A stretch of 64,000 nt of DNA from Fibrobacteria bacterium (lineage in GTDB: Bacteria; Fibrobacterota; Fibrobacteria; UBA11236), in NCBI GenBank assembly GCA_043745805.1, contig JAYTSD010000037.1:1-64000 (forward strand), read 5' to 3'. Under the pieces are notes generated by a model. It searched no databases, had not been told where the DNA came from, and saw only the letters and a program-made list of their open reading frames with translations. The position numbers and the translations under genes were made by a program. Positions 49,365 to 59,563 of this stretch are shown here, piece after piece. Each line of letters starts with the position of its first letter. Within the stretch, counting starts at the first letter, position 1.

Positions 49365-50105
49365 ATGTGGCATTGGGTAACTGATATGCAAATTTGGATT
49401 AGCCTAATCACTCTAACCGTGATGGAAATTGTTCTTGGCATAGATAATATCGTTTTCATTACAATTCTTGCCGGCAAGCTTCCTGCAGAGCAGCAATCGA
49501 AGGGACGCAAGCTGGGTTTAATATTGGCGTTATCTACGCGTATTTTATTATTGCTTAGTCTTTCGTATATGGTAAAACTTATCGAACCCTTATTCACCAT
49601 TTTCGATCATGGACTTTCAGGTCGAAGCCTTATTCTTATTTTCGGGGGTTTATTTTTATTGTATAAAAGTACGCATGAAATTCACGGGAAAATGGAAAGC
49701 TCAGAAGAGGGCCCAAAAAAACTTTCGCGTAACCCCAGTTTTATATCGGTGCTTATTCAAATTGCATTGCTAGATATTGTATTCTCTCTAGACTCAGTGA
49801 TTACTGCCGTAGGCATGGTTGATCAAATTGCGGTGATGGTTGCCGCCGTGATTATTGCGGTGATGATTATGGTTTTACTATCTGATCCAATCAGCCGTTT
49901 TGTAGATAATAACCCAACTGTTAAAATGTTAGCATTAAGTTTTTTATTACTAATTGGGATGACATTAATTGCGGAAGGTTTCGATAAGCATATCCCTAAA
50001 GGTTATATCTATTTTGCCATGGCATTTTCTGTGTTTGTCGAAGTATTAAATATTCATGCGGGTAAGAAAAAACTTGCCTCCAAAACCCCCAAAAGTAAGG
50101 CCTAA
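49365..50105 (+). CDS. TerC-family membrane protein
   Basis: MEIVLGIDN, DIVFSLDSVITAVG, PKGYIYFAMAFS. Confidence 0.93.
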   Translation: MWHWVTDMQIWISLITLTVMEIVLGIDNIVFITILAGKLPAEQQSKGRKLGLILALSTRILLLLSLSYMVKLIEPLFTIFDHGLSGRSLILIFGGLFLLYKSTHEIHGKMESSEEGPKKLSRNPSFISVLIQIALLDIVFSLDSVITAVGMVDQIAVMVAAVIIAVMIMVLLSDPISRFVDNNPTVKMLALSFLLLIGMTLIAEGFDKHIPKGYIYFAMAFSVFVEVLNIHAGKKKLASKTPKSKA

Positions 50106-50196
50106 ATTCAGGGTTATCTCAAAAACACACAAATAATCTTTGCATTCTCAGACCATATCCTATACATTGGAAGTGAGCGATGAATAGGAGGCCATA

Positions 50197-51738
50197 ATGG
50201 GCCAGAAAAGCAAATTCCATTTAGAAGTAAAAAATAGTTTCTTGCGAATATTCACGCTCCTATTAGCGATACATATTTGTTCCTTTGCCCAAAACTATCA
50301 AAACGATTCCTTGGCAGTAAAAGCAATATTAAATGCCATAGGTAAAAATAATGTTGCCGTAGAAAATGTTAGCACCGTACATAATGGCCGCATCGACACT
50401 TTACGCCTGGCGAAACTGCAAATCACGGCTTTGCCCTCCGACTTAGCCAATTTAACTGGCTTACAAAGTTTGAATTTAGATTCGAATTTTCTCACAACAA
50501 TACCTGCCGGAATATTTCATTTAACCGCATTGTTAAGGCTGCAAATGCAGGCCAATCGCCTAACTCAAATTCCCGACAGCATTTCTCAATTAGTAGAATT
50601 ACGCATCCTCGATTTACGCCACAATGAATTAACTTCCATCCCCACTGTAGTTAGCGGCTTAAATAAATTAGTGGTATTGTATCTGGGAGACAATCGCCTT
50701 CAAAATCTGGATACTAATTTCGCGATTATCCAATTCGATACCGTAACCTATAAAATACATCCTCTCGATCTTTCCGAAAATCGTTTATGTAATTTACCTA
50801 CCGCGCTTAAAAATTGGGCACAAGCGTTCGATCCCGGTTGGGAGAGTAAACAATATTGTGCGGAGTATTTGAATGATTCCGCAGTAATACGAAATGTATT
50901 AAATAGCCTAGGCTTACAGGACTCAAGCCTTTCCGTTTATAGTCGACCGAGTGCAGGCCGTATACAGACTTTGCGCTTAGTGAATAAAGGGCTAACACTA
51001 GTCCCCGAAGCATTAATGCAGCTTACAGGATTGACCAGTTTGTTTTTAGATAGTAATCAATTAAGCACTTTACCTTCAACATTTTCGCAACTAAGTAATT
51101 TAAAAGCCTTGAGTTTAATGAAAAATAATTTCATGACTTTTCCAGAAACGATTACCCAATTAGTGAATGTGAAAATTCTGGTTTTTTCCGGGAATCAAAT
51201 TCAAGCTTTACCCAATGGTGTGGGAAACTTAAGAAAAATGACAACGCTGGTACTTAATCACAATAATTTAACGACTTTACCCTTTGAAATAGGTGCTTTG
51301 AATGGATTACAAATACTGGACATTGCTGCAAATCACCTGAATAGTTTACCCGATGAAATAGTCACATTAAAGCCGCAAATATTAGTGTTAGCAGGAAATC
51401 CACTTTGCGCGCTTTCAAGTTTGGTTACAACATGGGCAAATACCTATGCGGCAGGTTGGGCACCGGCAAATACTTGTTCAACAGTAATATTATCACAGAC
51501 CAGTTCTAAATCAGAACAAATTTATTGGACTAAAGTGGCCGAGGGTGTTCGCGTATCTTTTCCGAAGCCTATGCAAAAGGCTACGCTATATAAAATAGGT
51601 GGCGAAAAAATAGTATTACCCATTAACGGAGTGAAAAAAGAATTTTTATGGAAAACAAGTGAATGGCAAGTGGGACTGTATTTTTTGCAACTCCAAGGGG
51701 AAAATACTAGTGTAACCTTAAGGATACCTCGGTTTTAA
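50197..51738 (+). CDS. Secreted leucine-rich-repeat protein with two capped LRR modules and a C-terminal sorting-like domain
   Basis: Signal peptide (SFA-Q), 23-aa LxxLxLxxNxLxxLP repeats, duplicated caps, C-terminal LY..GG....GLYFLQL. Confidence 0.85.
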   Translation: MGQKSKFHLEVKNSFLRIFTLLLAIHICSFAQNYQNDSLAVKAILNAIGKNNVAVENVSTVHNGRIDTLRLAKLQITALPSDLANLTGLQSLNLDSNFLTTIPAGIFHLTALLRLQMQANRLTQIPDSISQLVELRILDLRHNELTSIPTVVSGLNKLVVLYLGDNRLQNLDTNFAIIQFDTVTYKIHPLDLSENRLCNLPTALKNWAQAFDPGWESKQYCAEYLNDSAVIRNVLNSLGLQDSSLSVYSRPSAGRIQTLRLVNKGLTLVPEALMQLTGLTSLFLDSNQLSTLPSTFSQLSNLKALSLMKNNFMTFPETITQLVNVKILVFSGNQIQALPNGVGNLRKMTTLVLNHNNLTTLPFEIGALNGLQILDIAANHLNSLPDEIVTLKPQILVLAGNPLCALSSLVTTWANTYAAGWAPANTCSTVILSQTSSKSEQIYWTKVAEGVRVSFPKPMQKATLYKIGGEKIVLPINGVKKEFLWKTSEWQVGLYFLQLQGENTSVTLRIPRF

Positions 51739-53024
51739 AAGGGGTCGCGTGTCATACGACCCATATGGCCACCATGAATGCCTATATCATTTACGCTTTC
51801 GTCACGATTATTAAAACTTTTATTGACATGACCAGCATGTGTGAGTTTAGAGTAGCTAGAAAGTAAATAAGACCCTTTTCCCAAAAGCTCAAAAGGTTTT
51901 GCGGCTTTTGCCTTTCTCTTCCACCACTTTCCTCGCGCCTTTTTTTCCAACTCCGCAATTTGTGGATCTTTTACTAAATGCCCTGGAGTATCGAGATTCA
52001 AGTCATTTTGTTGTGCCAATTTAAAACCCGTGGAATTAAAAAAAAGCGGATCGGTCAACAAATTAAAATTAGCATCACAAGTATCATTATTTGGATTTTG
52101 ATGGTTTAAGCGTAAAATGTGAAATGGACATTTATAACAATGTTCTTCTCCATTATTGGCAAATGCATTATTTAATATTTGCACGTTTAAGCGACTATCC
52201 GACCAAATACCATAAGTTTTGTTTTCATAAAAAATATTATTAGCAATTTTAGGATTACTTTCTTCTGTATAAATTCCTGCACTTTGATTGCTGAGAAAGT
52301 TGTTATTGGTAATAATGGGTTTGCTTTTGTGTATCAAATAAATACCCGTATTATTGTGCAAAAAAATATTATGATGAATAAAGAAAGTGCTTTTTCGTAA
52401 ATGTAGGGCATGATGAGCATTCTTAAATGAAGCAAATCCAATTTCGACTTGTTCGGCGTTTTGGCCATAAAAACGTAGGCCATCCCATTTGGTTTTTGTG
52501 GAAAGCGTGTCCATGCTTTGAAAAATAACAGGTTGTTCTTCAGAACCTAAAACATAAAATGAACCTTCGATTTTAATACCGACATAAAGTGAATCTGCAA
52601 AGTCTTCAAATTTTGGTTTTGCCGGAACATCGGATTCTAAATCCTCTTCTGCTAGGCTTTTCTCTTCATGCTTGTCTGCAGATTTAGCCTCGATTTTTTT
52701 GGGGGAAGACTCGCCTTTATGGTATTTTTCTTTAGGGTGTTCTTTTTCCTTGGGTTGGTTTTCCTCAAGTTGTTTTTGCTTTTCGACTTCTTCGGCACAG
52801 GGTTTAGGGGAAGTAAAAAGTACCACTACACCGGCTTCAATTCTTAGCCTAGAATTTTCGGGAATAGTAATATCATTAGTGACAATATAAGGGGATTCGG
52901 CTAAAGTCCAATCGGTTGGTAAACGAATTTCGCCGCAGACTTCGGTTTTGGCAAATAATAGGGGCCACATGCCCAATGCTATAATGTTTAGGAATAGATT
53001 TTTTAACCACTTCATATCTCGCAT
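51735..53024 (-). CDS. Secreted right-handed beta-helix (pectin-lyase-fold/NosD-like) protein
   Basis: WT...SPY..T.DI.I...L.IEAGV N-terminus; repeated I.NN.F..N..GIY turns; charged low-complexity insert. Confidence 0.7.
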   Translation of the reverse strand: MRDMKWLKNLFLNIIALGMWPLLFAKTEVCGEIRLPTDWTLAESPYIVTNDITIPENSRLRIEAGVVVLFTSPKPCAEEVEKQKQLEENQPKEKEHPKEKYHKGESSPKKIEAKSADKHEEKSLAEEDLESDVPAKPKFEDFADSLYVGIKIEGSFYVLGSEEQPVIFQSMDTLSTKTKWDGLRFYGQNAEQVEIGFASFKNAHHALHLRKSTFFIHHNIFLHNNTGIYLIHKSKPIITNNNFLSNQSAGIYTEESNPKIANNIFYENKTYGIWSDSRLNVQILNNAFANNGEEHCYKCPFHILRLNHQNPNNDTCDANFNLLTDPLFFNSTGFKLAQQNDLNLDTPGHLVKDPQIAELEKKARGKWWKRKAKAAKPFELLGKGSYLLSSYSKLTHAGHVNKSFNNRDESVNDIGIHGGHMGRMTRDPF

Positions 53025-53060
53025 AGGCTACATTGTACGATGCCAAGCGGTGGTTTGCAA

Positions 53061-53792
53061 TTAAGTGGATTTAGTTTTACGCGATTTTATCCCTAAATTT
53101 TGCAGTTTCAAAATTTGCCCAGCGGCATAGCCTGCTCCAAAACCATTATCAATATTGACCACAGTAATGCCTGGTGAACAAGCATTAAGCATACTTAAGA
53201 GCGCCGCTAAGCCTTCAAAAGAAGAGCCATATCCCACTGAAGTGGGGACTGCAATAATGGGTTTATCTGTTAATCCACCGATTACACTAGGAAGCGCCGC
53301 ATCCATTCCTGCCACGACCACAATTACCGAAGCTTTTTTTAAAGCCTCAGTATGGGCTAATAAGCGATGTATTCCCGCTACACCCACATCATAAAGAGTT
53401 TTGATTTCACACCCCATCAATTTTGCGGTTAGGGCGGCTTCTTCAGCGATAGGAATGTCACTAGTGCCGGCGCAGACGAATAAAATATGGCCTTGCTTTA
53501 ATTGCCTGAGTTTTACTTGTTGAGCGCTTCCCGCATAGTAAATACAGTTTGCTAAAGGGTGATGACAAATAAGCGGAAATTTTTTTTGTAATTGCGCAAA
53601 AACTTCAGGTTGGGTTCGAGTAATAAGTAGGCGACCGGATTGTTGTAAAATTTTGAGCGCAATTTTTACGGATTGAGAAATAGTTTTTCCTTGCCCAAAA
53701 ATTACTTCTGGAAATCCTTTGCGCCTTTCTCTGTCCTGATCAATTCGGGCAAAGCGATATGGGGAAACCTTAAAAAACTCAGAAATAGTCAT
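53061..53792 (-). CDS. larB: Nickel-pincer cofactor biosynthesis protein LarB (PurE-like)
   Basis: RRKGFPEVIFGQGKT, AGTSDIPIAEEA, DVGVAGIHRL, AVPTSVGYG, VVNIDNGFGA. Confidence 0.92.
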   Translation of the reverse strand: MTISEFFKVSPYRFARIDQDRERRKGFPEVIFGQGKTISQSVKIALKILQQSGRLLITRTQPEVFAQLQKKFPLICHHPLANCIYYAGSAQQVKLRQLKQGHILFVCAGTSDIPIAEEAALTAKLMGCEIKTLYDVGVAGIHRLLAHTEALKKASVIVVVAGMDAALPSVIGGLTDKPIIAVPTSVGYGSSFEGLAALLSMLNACSPGITVVNIDNGFGAGYAAGQILKLQNLGIKSRKTKST

Positions 53793-53892
53793 AATTTTAT
53801 CTTTTAATTTAAGAAATATATGCCGCCTAACCTTGGGATAGGCATTACAATTAAATAGAGAAAAAAAATTAGGAAGGAAACCTTAGGTTTTC

Positions 53893-54921
53893 ATGGCAAT
53901 TATTGATCTAAATCAGGTTCCAGTGCGCGTTTCGGAAATCAAAAAATATACGCCCAATACTCCTTTGGGTAAAAAACTTTTGGTAGTTTTCGAGTTAAGC
54001 TTAGAGCATCCTTTTATTCCAGCCTTGATATTTGGATCTTTGGTCCATGGCATACGATTGGCGATTCATTTGTTTTTGGGCGCGTCATGGCAAAGTTTTT
54101 TTCCGCATCAATCTTTGCTTTACCTTAGTTGGTTGCCCGAATTTTTATTGCCCTATTTAGGTTTAATATTCATTAATATCCCGCATAAAAAAATTAATGA
54201 AGCTATGCATGAGCGAATTTTAGAAGGCCTAGATCGCGGCAATGAAATTCAAAAAGTAAGCATCTTTGGATTTGCAAAAATTTCCGAAGTTCGCGATCCC
54301 GACACTGGCGATCATATTGTCCGCATGAGTCATTACTCCCGTTTGTTAGCTGAAGAGGTGGGCAAACTTCCTGAGTATGAAAGTTATGTTACGCGTAATT
54401 ATTGCGATGAAATTTTTATATCGGCTCCTTTGCATGATATTGGTAAAGTGGGTATTCGTGATGACATATTAAAAAAACGCGGGGATTTGAGTTCCGCCGA
54501 ATTCGACATTATGAAAATGCACACCATTATTGGTGGTGATTTATTGCATGAATTGGAAATGAAATTAGGCTGGCGCACTTTTTACTCGCTAAGTAAACAA
54601 ATTGCTTATCATCATCATCAGCGTTTTGACGGTACAGGTTACCCTAATGTGCTAGGATCGTCAAAGGCTATGTTCATCGATTCCGGCATTGGAGCTCCTT
54701 TAAAGGGCAAAGACATTCCTCTTTCGGCTCGTATAGTCGCTTTGGCAGATGTATATGACGCATTGTCCTCTCGCCGCTGTTATAAAGAACCTTTTCCTTT
54801 AGACAAATGCCGAGAAATGATAGTTGCCGATTCCGGTAGACATTTTGACCCCGAATTAGTCCAAGCCTTTTTACGCATCGAACCTGCTTTTATCCGCACG
54901 GCACAAGAATACAGCAAATAA
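53893..54921 (+). CDS. Membrane-anchored HD-GYP phosphodiesterase
   Basis: RDPDTGDH, LHDIGKVG, HHHQRFDGTGYP, ARIVALADVYDAL, HFDP; hydrophobic N-terminus. Confidence 0.88.
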   Translation: MAIIDLNQVPVRVSEIKKYTPNTPLGKKLLVVFELSLEHPFIPALIFGSLVHGIRLAIHLFLGASWQSFFPHQSLLYLSWLPEFLLPYLGLIFINIPHKKINEAMHERILEGLDRGNEIQKVSIFGFAKISEVRDPDTGDHIVRMSHYSRLLAEEVGKLPEYESYVTRNYCDEIFISAPLHDIGKVGIRDDILKKRGDLSSAEFDIMKMHTIIGGDLLHELEMKLGWRTFYSLSKQIAYHHHQRFDGTGYPNVLGSSKAMFIDSGIGAPLKGKDIPLSARIVALADVYDALSSRRCYKEPFPLDKCREMIVADSGRHFDPELVQAFLRIEPAFIRTAQEYSK

Positions 54922-55000
54922 ACGCCCTTTACAAAACTTAAATGCACCCCTTTTGGCGAGCGGTTTTTTATCTTAATCCCGTCAAAATAAAAGAGGGTTT

Positions 55001-55969
55001 ATGCATATCGTAGTAACAGGTGGTTGCGGTTTTATTGGGGCGAATTTCGTTCGCATGCTTTTACAAAATGATAAAGGTTGGCGTATCACCAATATCGACA
55101 AATTAACCTATGCGGGGAATTTGGAAAACCTTTCTGATTTAAGCGCGTCCCCAAATTATCGTTTTGTACAGGCGGATATTTGCGATAAAGCTAAGATGGT
55201 GGAAGTGCTTTCCGACAATGTGGATGCTGTGGTGCATTTTGCTGCGGAATCTCATGTAGATAGAAGTATTGATGGCCCCGAAGTTTTTGTGCAAACTAAT
55301 GTACTGGGGACGGCTGTATTATTAGATGCCGCAAAAAAAGGTAATGTGAAACGCTTTTTGCACGTGTCTACAGATGAAGTTTATGGTTCCTTAGGCGCTA
55401 CGGGTTACTTTTCAGAAACCACGCCGCTTTCGCCAAACTCTCCCTATTCGGCCAGTAAAACCGGATCGGATTTATTAGTAGCAGCCTATTTTCATACTTT
55501 TAAAATGGATACTGTGATCACGCGTTGTTCTAATAATTATGGCCCTTATCAATATCCCGAAAAATTGATTCCACTTTTAGTCACTAATCTTATCGACAAT
55601 AAACAAATTCCAATTTATGGCGATGGATTAAATATTCGTGATTGGTTACATGTAGCCGATCATTGCTCGGGCATTCTATTGGCCTTAGAAAAAGGTCGCG
55701 CTGGGGAAGTATATAATATCGGCGGTAATAATGAATGGACGAATATTAATATTGCTAAAAAATTATTAGGTCTTTTGGGTAAAGATGAAAGCAGCATACA
55801 TTATGTAGATGACCGTTTGGGTCATGATCGACGTTATGCTATCGACGCTTCTAAAATCCGCAAAGAATTAGGTTGGGAACCGAAATACAATTTTGAAACC
55901 GGCATTGTCGAAACCGTGAATTGGTATAAGGACCAAGAAAAATGGTGGCGACCTTTAAAGAAGGCGTAA
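55001..55969 (+). CDS. rfbB: dTDP-glucose 4,6-dehydratase
   Basis: TGGCGFIG, DKLTYAGN, AAESHVDRSI, STDEVYG, YSASK, GHDRRYA. Confidence 0.97.
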   Translation: MHIVVTGGCGFIGANFVRMLLQNDKGWRITNIDKLTYAGNLENLSDLSASPNYRFVQADICDKAKMVEVLSDNVDAVVHFAAESHVDRSIDGPEVFVQTNVLGTAVLLDAAKKGNVKRFLHVSTDEVYGSLGATGYFSETTPLSPNSPYSASKTGSDLLVAAYFHTFKMDTVITRCSNNYGPYQYPEKLIPLLVTNLIDNKQIPIYGDGLNIRDWLHVADHCSGILLALEKGRAGEVYNIGGNNEWTNINIAKKLLGLLGKDESSIHYVDDRLGHDRRYAIDASKIRKELGWEPKYNFETGIVETVNWYKDQEKWWRPLKKA

Positions 55970-55984
55970 ATTGTACGCTTGGAA

Positions 55985-56347
55985 TTAAATACTGAAATCG
56001 ATTTTTAAATTTTTTGCTAAAATTTTCAGCCGTTTATCTTCTGTCCATAGTTGGGATTGAAACAGAAACGCCGATCCTAATAAATTAATATCCGTCCAGC
56101 CTACACCTTTTCCAAAAAGACTGTGATGTTGAATAAAATGCAGAGTCTCCTCTAAATCCATAGTGGGAGCTTGTGGTAAGGTTTGTAATAGATCTAAAAC
56201 TTCACTGCGGTTTTTAAGAAACCCACAAGCAATTTCTCCAACTACAAAAGGGTGGCAGCATACATTGCCATCGATTAATAATTTTTTAAGCTCGTCGTTT
56301 CCTTCACGTAAATATTGAATCCAAATGGATGTATCTACGAGAATCAT
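55985..56347 (-). CDS. vapC: VapC PIN-domain toxin
   Basis: ILVDTSIW, VVGEI, D..LLGSA, LWTEDKRL. Confidence 0.9.
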   Translation of the reverse strand: MILVDTSIWIQYLREGNDELKKLLIDGNVCCHPFVVGEIACGFLKNRSEVLDLLQTLPQAPTMDLEETLHFIQHHSLFGKGVGWTDINLLGSAFLFQSQLWTEDKRLKILAKNLKIDFSI

Positions 56348-56541
56348 TTAGGCAAAGTATTTCTACGAGGGATAGCCTTTAAATTTTTTTCACTGCCTCC
56401 TAGCGCAGCCAGTCGCTTGCGGCTTTCCATTGCAATGAGCGATTCTAAGCCCATTCGTACCAAGGCGGTTTTTTCAGCAATACCCGTTAATTGGGAGGCT
56501 TTGGCTAAAACTGCATCGTCTATATTTAATGTTGTTCTCAT
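56344..56541 (-). CDS. vapB: VapB antitoxin
   Basis: MRTTLNIDDAVL..A..LTGI.EKTALV; ATGA overlap with vapC. Confidence 0.9.
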   Translation of the reverse strand: MRTTLNIDDAVLAKASQLTGIAEKTALVRMGLESLIAMESRKRLAALGGSEKNLKAIPRRNTLPK

Positions 56542-56546
56542 ATGTA

Positions 56547-56573
56547 TTAGTATGCATAATTTATGCATACTAA
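56547..56573. promoter_or_regulatory. vapBC operator palindrome
   Basis: TTAGTATGCATAA-T-TTATGCATACTAA, perfect 13-bp arms 5 bp upstream of the vapB ATG. Confidence 0.75.
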
Positions 56574-56672
56574 GCAAGTGAAAAATAAACCCAAAAATTT
56601 AAAATCCAGAACATTTGGTTTTGCACAAGTAGAGCTTGCCTAAACGTCACGCATTAGCCAATTTTCCAGCCT

Positions 56673-57614
56673 ATGAAAATCATTTTTATGGGAACTCCCG
56701 ATTTCGCCGTCACCAGCCTAGATGCTTTGGTAAAGGCTGGGCACGACATTTCGCTAGTCATTACACAACCGGACCGGCCTAAGGGTCGAGGCCAAAAATT
56801 AGCGGCCTCCGAGGTTAAATTAAAAGCTTTAGAATTAGGTCTTCCTGTTCATCAGCCAGAATCCTTGCGTACTCCAGAATTTCATGAAATCATTAAAAAC
56901 CAAAATGCGGATTTAATGGTGGTCGTGGCTTTTCGCATATTACCCGATAGTTTATTTCCGCTCACGCGTTTTGGAGCGGTGAATGTGCATGGCTCTTTAT
57001 TGCCAAAATATCGCGGCGCAGCGCCCATTCCTTGGGCCATTGCACAAGGCGATAGGTTTACTGGAGTTACGGTATTTCAATTGGATCAACAAATTGATCA
57101 TGGCCAAATTTTAGCGCAAACCTCTACGCCTATCGGAGAGTTTGAAACCGCCGGTGAATTGTATTTGCGCTTAAAAGAATTGGGCAAAGACGCTTTACTG
57201 GACGCTTTAGAAAAAATGCAACAAGGGAAAATTCTCCCTTTAGAGCAAAGCCATGCGGAAGCAACTCCTGCTCCCAAGCTCAAAAAAGAAGATGGTCTTA
57301 TTAATTGGACCTTGCCCGCTCGCACTTTATTTAATCGTTTACGAGCTTTTAATCCTTATCCCATAGGGTTTACCCATATAGGTAACATGGAAAATACCCC
57401 GCCTAAAACATTGCGTATTTCTCGCGCACAAGTTGTGGATGAACAAAGCCCTGGTCCAGGTAAAGTATTATTGTCCGCAGATCGCTTTCCTTTAGTGGGT
57501 TGTGGTGATGTGTGTTTGAAATTATTAGAAGTGCAGCCCGAAGGAAAACCCAAAATGGCCGCTAATGATTTTTGGAATGGTTTACAAAACCGTGACGCCA
57601 TAGTGTTGGGTTAG
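56673..57614 (+). CDS. fmt: Methionyl-tRNA formyltransferase
   Basis: FMGTPDFA, TQPDRPKGRG, NVHGSLLPKYRGAAP. Confidence 0.98.
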   Translation: MKIIFMGTPDFAVTSLDALVKAGHDISLVITQPDRPKGRGQKLAASEVKLKALELGLPVHQPESLRTPEFHEIIKNQNADLMVVVAFRILPDSLFPLTRFGAVNVHGSLLPKYRGAAPIPWAIAQGDRFTGVTVFQLDQQIDHGQILAQTSTPIGEFETAGELYLRLKELGKDALLDALEKMQQGKILPLEQSHAEATPAPKLKKEDGLINWTLPARTLFNRLRAFNPYPIGFTHIGNMENTPPKTLRISRAQVVDEQSPGPGKVLLSADRFPLVGCGDVCLKLLEVQPEGKPKMAANDFWNGLQNRDAIVLG

Positions 57615-57621
57615 GATTTAT

Positions 57622-58950
57622 ATGCAAGGTTTGGAATCTCGCGAAGCCGTTTTTAATGTGTTATGCGATCAGGAAGAAAAAGGACTTTTTTTAAAAGACT
57701 TGTTTCCACTTTATCTCCATAAATTAAGCGCTTTAGACCAGGGTTTGGCGCGCGAAATTTGTTTTGGATCCTTGCGTAACAAATATTTACTCGACTATAA
57801 TTTGGATTTGTATACGCCTAAGCGCGTACAAGATTTACCCTTGCGCCTAATTTTTCGATTAGCAGCCTACCAATTTTTTTTTCTGGACACTGTTCCCGTT
57901 TTTGCAGTCATAAATACTGCGGTGGAATTGGTCAAGACGCGTTTAGGACAAAAGAAAACCGGTTTCACCAATGCGGTGCTCAAAAAAATGGCCGCAGCGG
58001 GCTTGCAGAAAATGCCCGGTAATTCGCTTAAGGCCTTATCCACAAATACCTCGCATCCCTTATGGCTATTGCAAAAATGGAATCAATCCATAGGTGCGGA
58101 GAAAACGCAAAAAGCAGCCGAAATTAATAATACCGAAGCTCCCGCTTGGCTTCGTATCAATCCTTTTAAAAGTTCACTGACCGAAGTAGAAATTTTTTTA
58201 AAAGAAAATACAATCCCGTATAGCGTAACTGATGAGTTACCTAGCTATATTCAATTACAGAGTAAGATGGATGTTGCTTTACGATCGGATTTGTTTTCTC
58301 AAGGCGCTTTTTCCTTTCAAGATCCCGCAGCGTATCTAGTGGCATGCCTCACGGCTTGGAAACCCTCTCAATCCATATTGGATTTGTGTTCGGCACCCGG
58401 AGGCAAAGCGAGTTGTATTTTAGAAATGGCGGCAGCAGCGCATATGGACATATCGAATGCAAAAATATATTGCAATGATATTTCTTTTAATCGTTTACGT
58501 CGTATCAAAGATAATCGTGAACGTTTAGGTCATACGGCTCTTTTGCCATTAGTGATGAATCCTCAACAGAATGCGTTGCGGAAAAAATTCTCGCTCGTTT
58601 TAATTGATGCACCTTGCAGTAACCTTGGAGTACTACGTCGTCGACCGGAAGCGCGCTTTGCTCAAAAGCCCGAAGCCCTAAAAATATTGGCACAAAAACA
58701 AAAAGCCATTTTGGATCAAGCCGCACAATTAGTTGAGGAAAAGGGTTCACTTATTTATGCAACTTGCAGTCCCGAAGTAGAAGAAACACGAGATGTAGTG
58801 CAAGCCTTTTTGAAAAGTCATGCGGAATGGATTTTAGAGGATGCAGCAAAGTACTTGCCTGCTATTTGGGTAAAACACAAATGCCTCCACCTCTATCCAG
58901 GTGAAAGTCATTTCGATGGCTTTTTCGCAGCGCGCCTCACTAAAATTTAA
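57622..58950 (+). CDS. rsmB: 16S rRNA m5C967 methyltransferase
   Basis: NusB-like N-terminus, DLCSAPGGK, DAPCS, YATCS; follows fmt. Confidence 0.93.
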   Translation: MQGLESREAVFNVLCDQEEKGLFLKDLFPLYLHKLSALDQGLAREICFGSLRNKYLLDYNLDLYTPKRVQDLPLRLIFRLAAYQFFFLDTVPVFAVINTAVELVKTRLGQKKTGFTNAVLKKMAAAGLQKMPGNSLKALSTNTSHPLWLLQKWNQSIGAEKTQKAAEINNTEAPAWLRINPFKSSLTEVEIFLKENTIPYSVTDELPSYIQLQSKMDVALRSDLFSQGAFSFQDPAAYLVACLTAWKPSQSILDLCSAPGGKASCILEMAAAAHMDISNAKIYCNDISFNRLRRIKDNRERLGHTALLPLVMNPQQNALRKKFSLVLIDAPCSNLGVLRRRPEARFAQKPEALKILAQKQKAILDQAAQLVEEKGSLIYATCSPEVEETRDVVQAFLKSHAEWILEDAAKYLPAIWVKHKCLHLYPGESHFDGFFAARLTKI

Positions 58951-59052
58951 TATGAATTTGCCCAAAATTTGCTTTTCGAATCTGCGGAAAATTCACTAAA
59001 TATTATAATTTTAGCCCTGAATCGAATGGCTTTAGCTTAACCAAGGAAATCT

Positions 59053-59535
59053 ATGCAAGTCTCGAAAAATAAAGTTGTCGCCATGGAATATACCCTGACC
59101 GATAATAAAGGTGAAACTCTTGATAGCTCAGTGGGCGCCGATCCATTATTGTACATACAAGGTACTGGTCAAATTGTGCTTGGCTTAGAACAAGCTATGG
59201 AAGGAAAAAGTATTGGCGATGTTTTTAAAGTAGCGGTGTCACCTGAATTAGGTTACGGGATTCGCGAAGCGAAACTAGAACAAAAGGTTCCTCGCGAGGA
59301 ATTTGAAGGCGTAGATAATTTGGAAGTAGGAATGGAATTCCAAGCCGAAACCGATGCTGGCGTACGTTTAATTACCATTATTGCAATCGAAGGAGATATG
59401 ATTACCATTGATGGCAATCACCCGCTTGCAGGACAAACTTTAAACTTTGATATTAAAGTTATTTCTATACGCGAGGCTACCAAAGAGGAGCTGAGCCATG
59501 GCCATGCCCACGGTGAAGGTGGACATCATCACTAA
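59053..59535 (+). CDS. slyD: FKBP-type peptidyl-prolyl isomerase SlyD
   Basis: DGNHPLAG.TL.F motif; His-rich tail HGHAHGEGGHHH. Confidence 0.93.
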   Translation: MQVSKNKVVAMEYTLTDNKGETLDSSVGADPLLYIQGTGQIVLGLEQAMEGKSIGDVFKVAVSPELGYGIREAKLEQKVPREEFEGVDNLEVGMEFQAETDAGVRLITIIAIEGDMITIDGNHPLAGQTLNFDIKVISIREATKEELSHGHAHGEGGHHH

Positions 59536-59563
59536 TTAATGCGGGCTTTTTTTAAGCCCTTTA

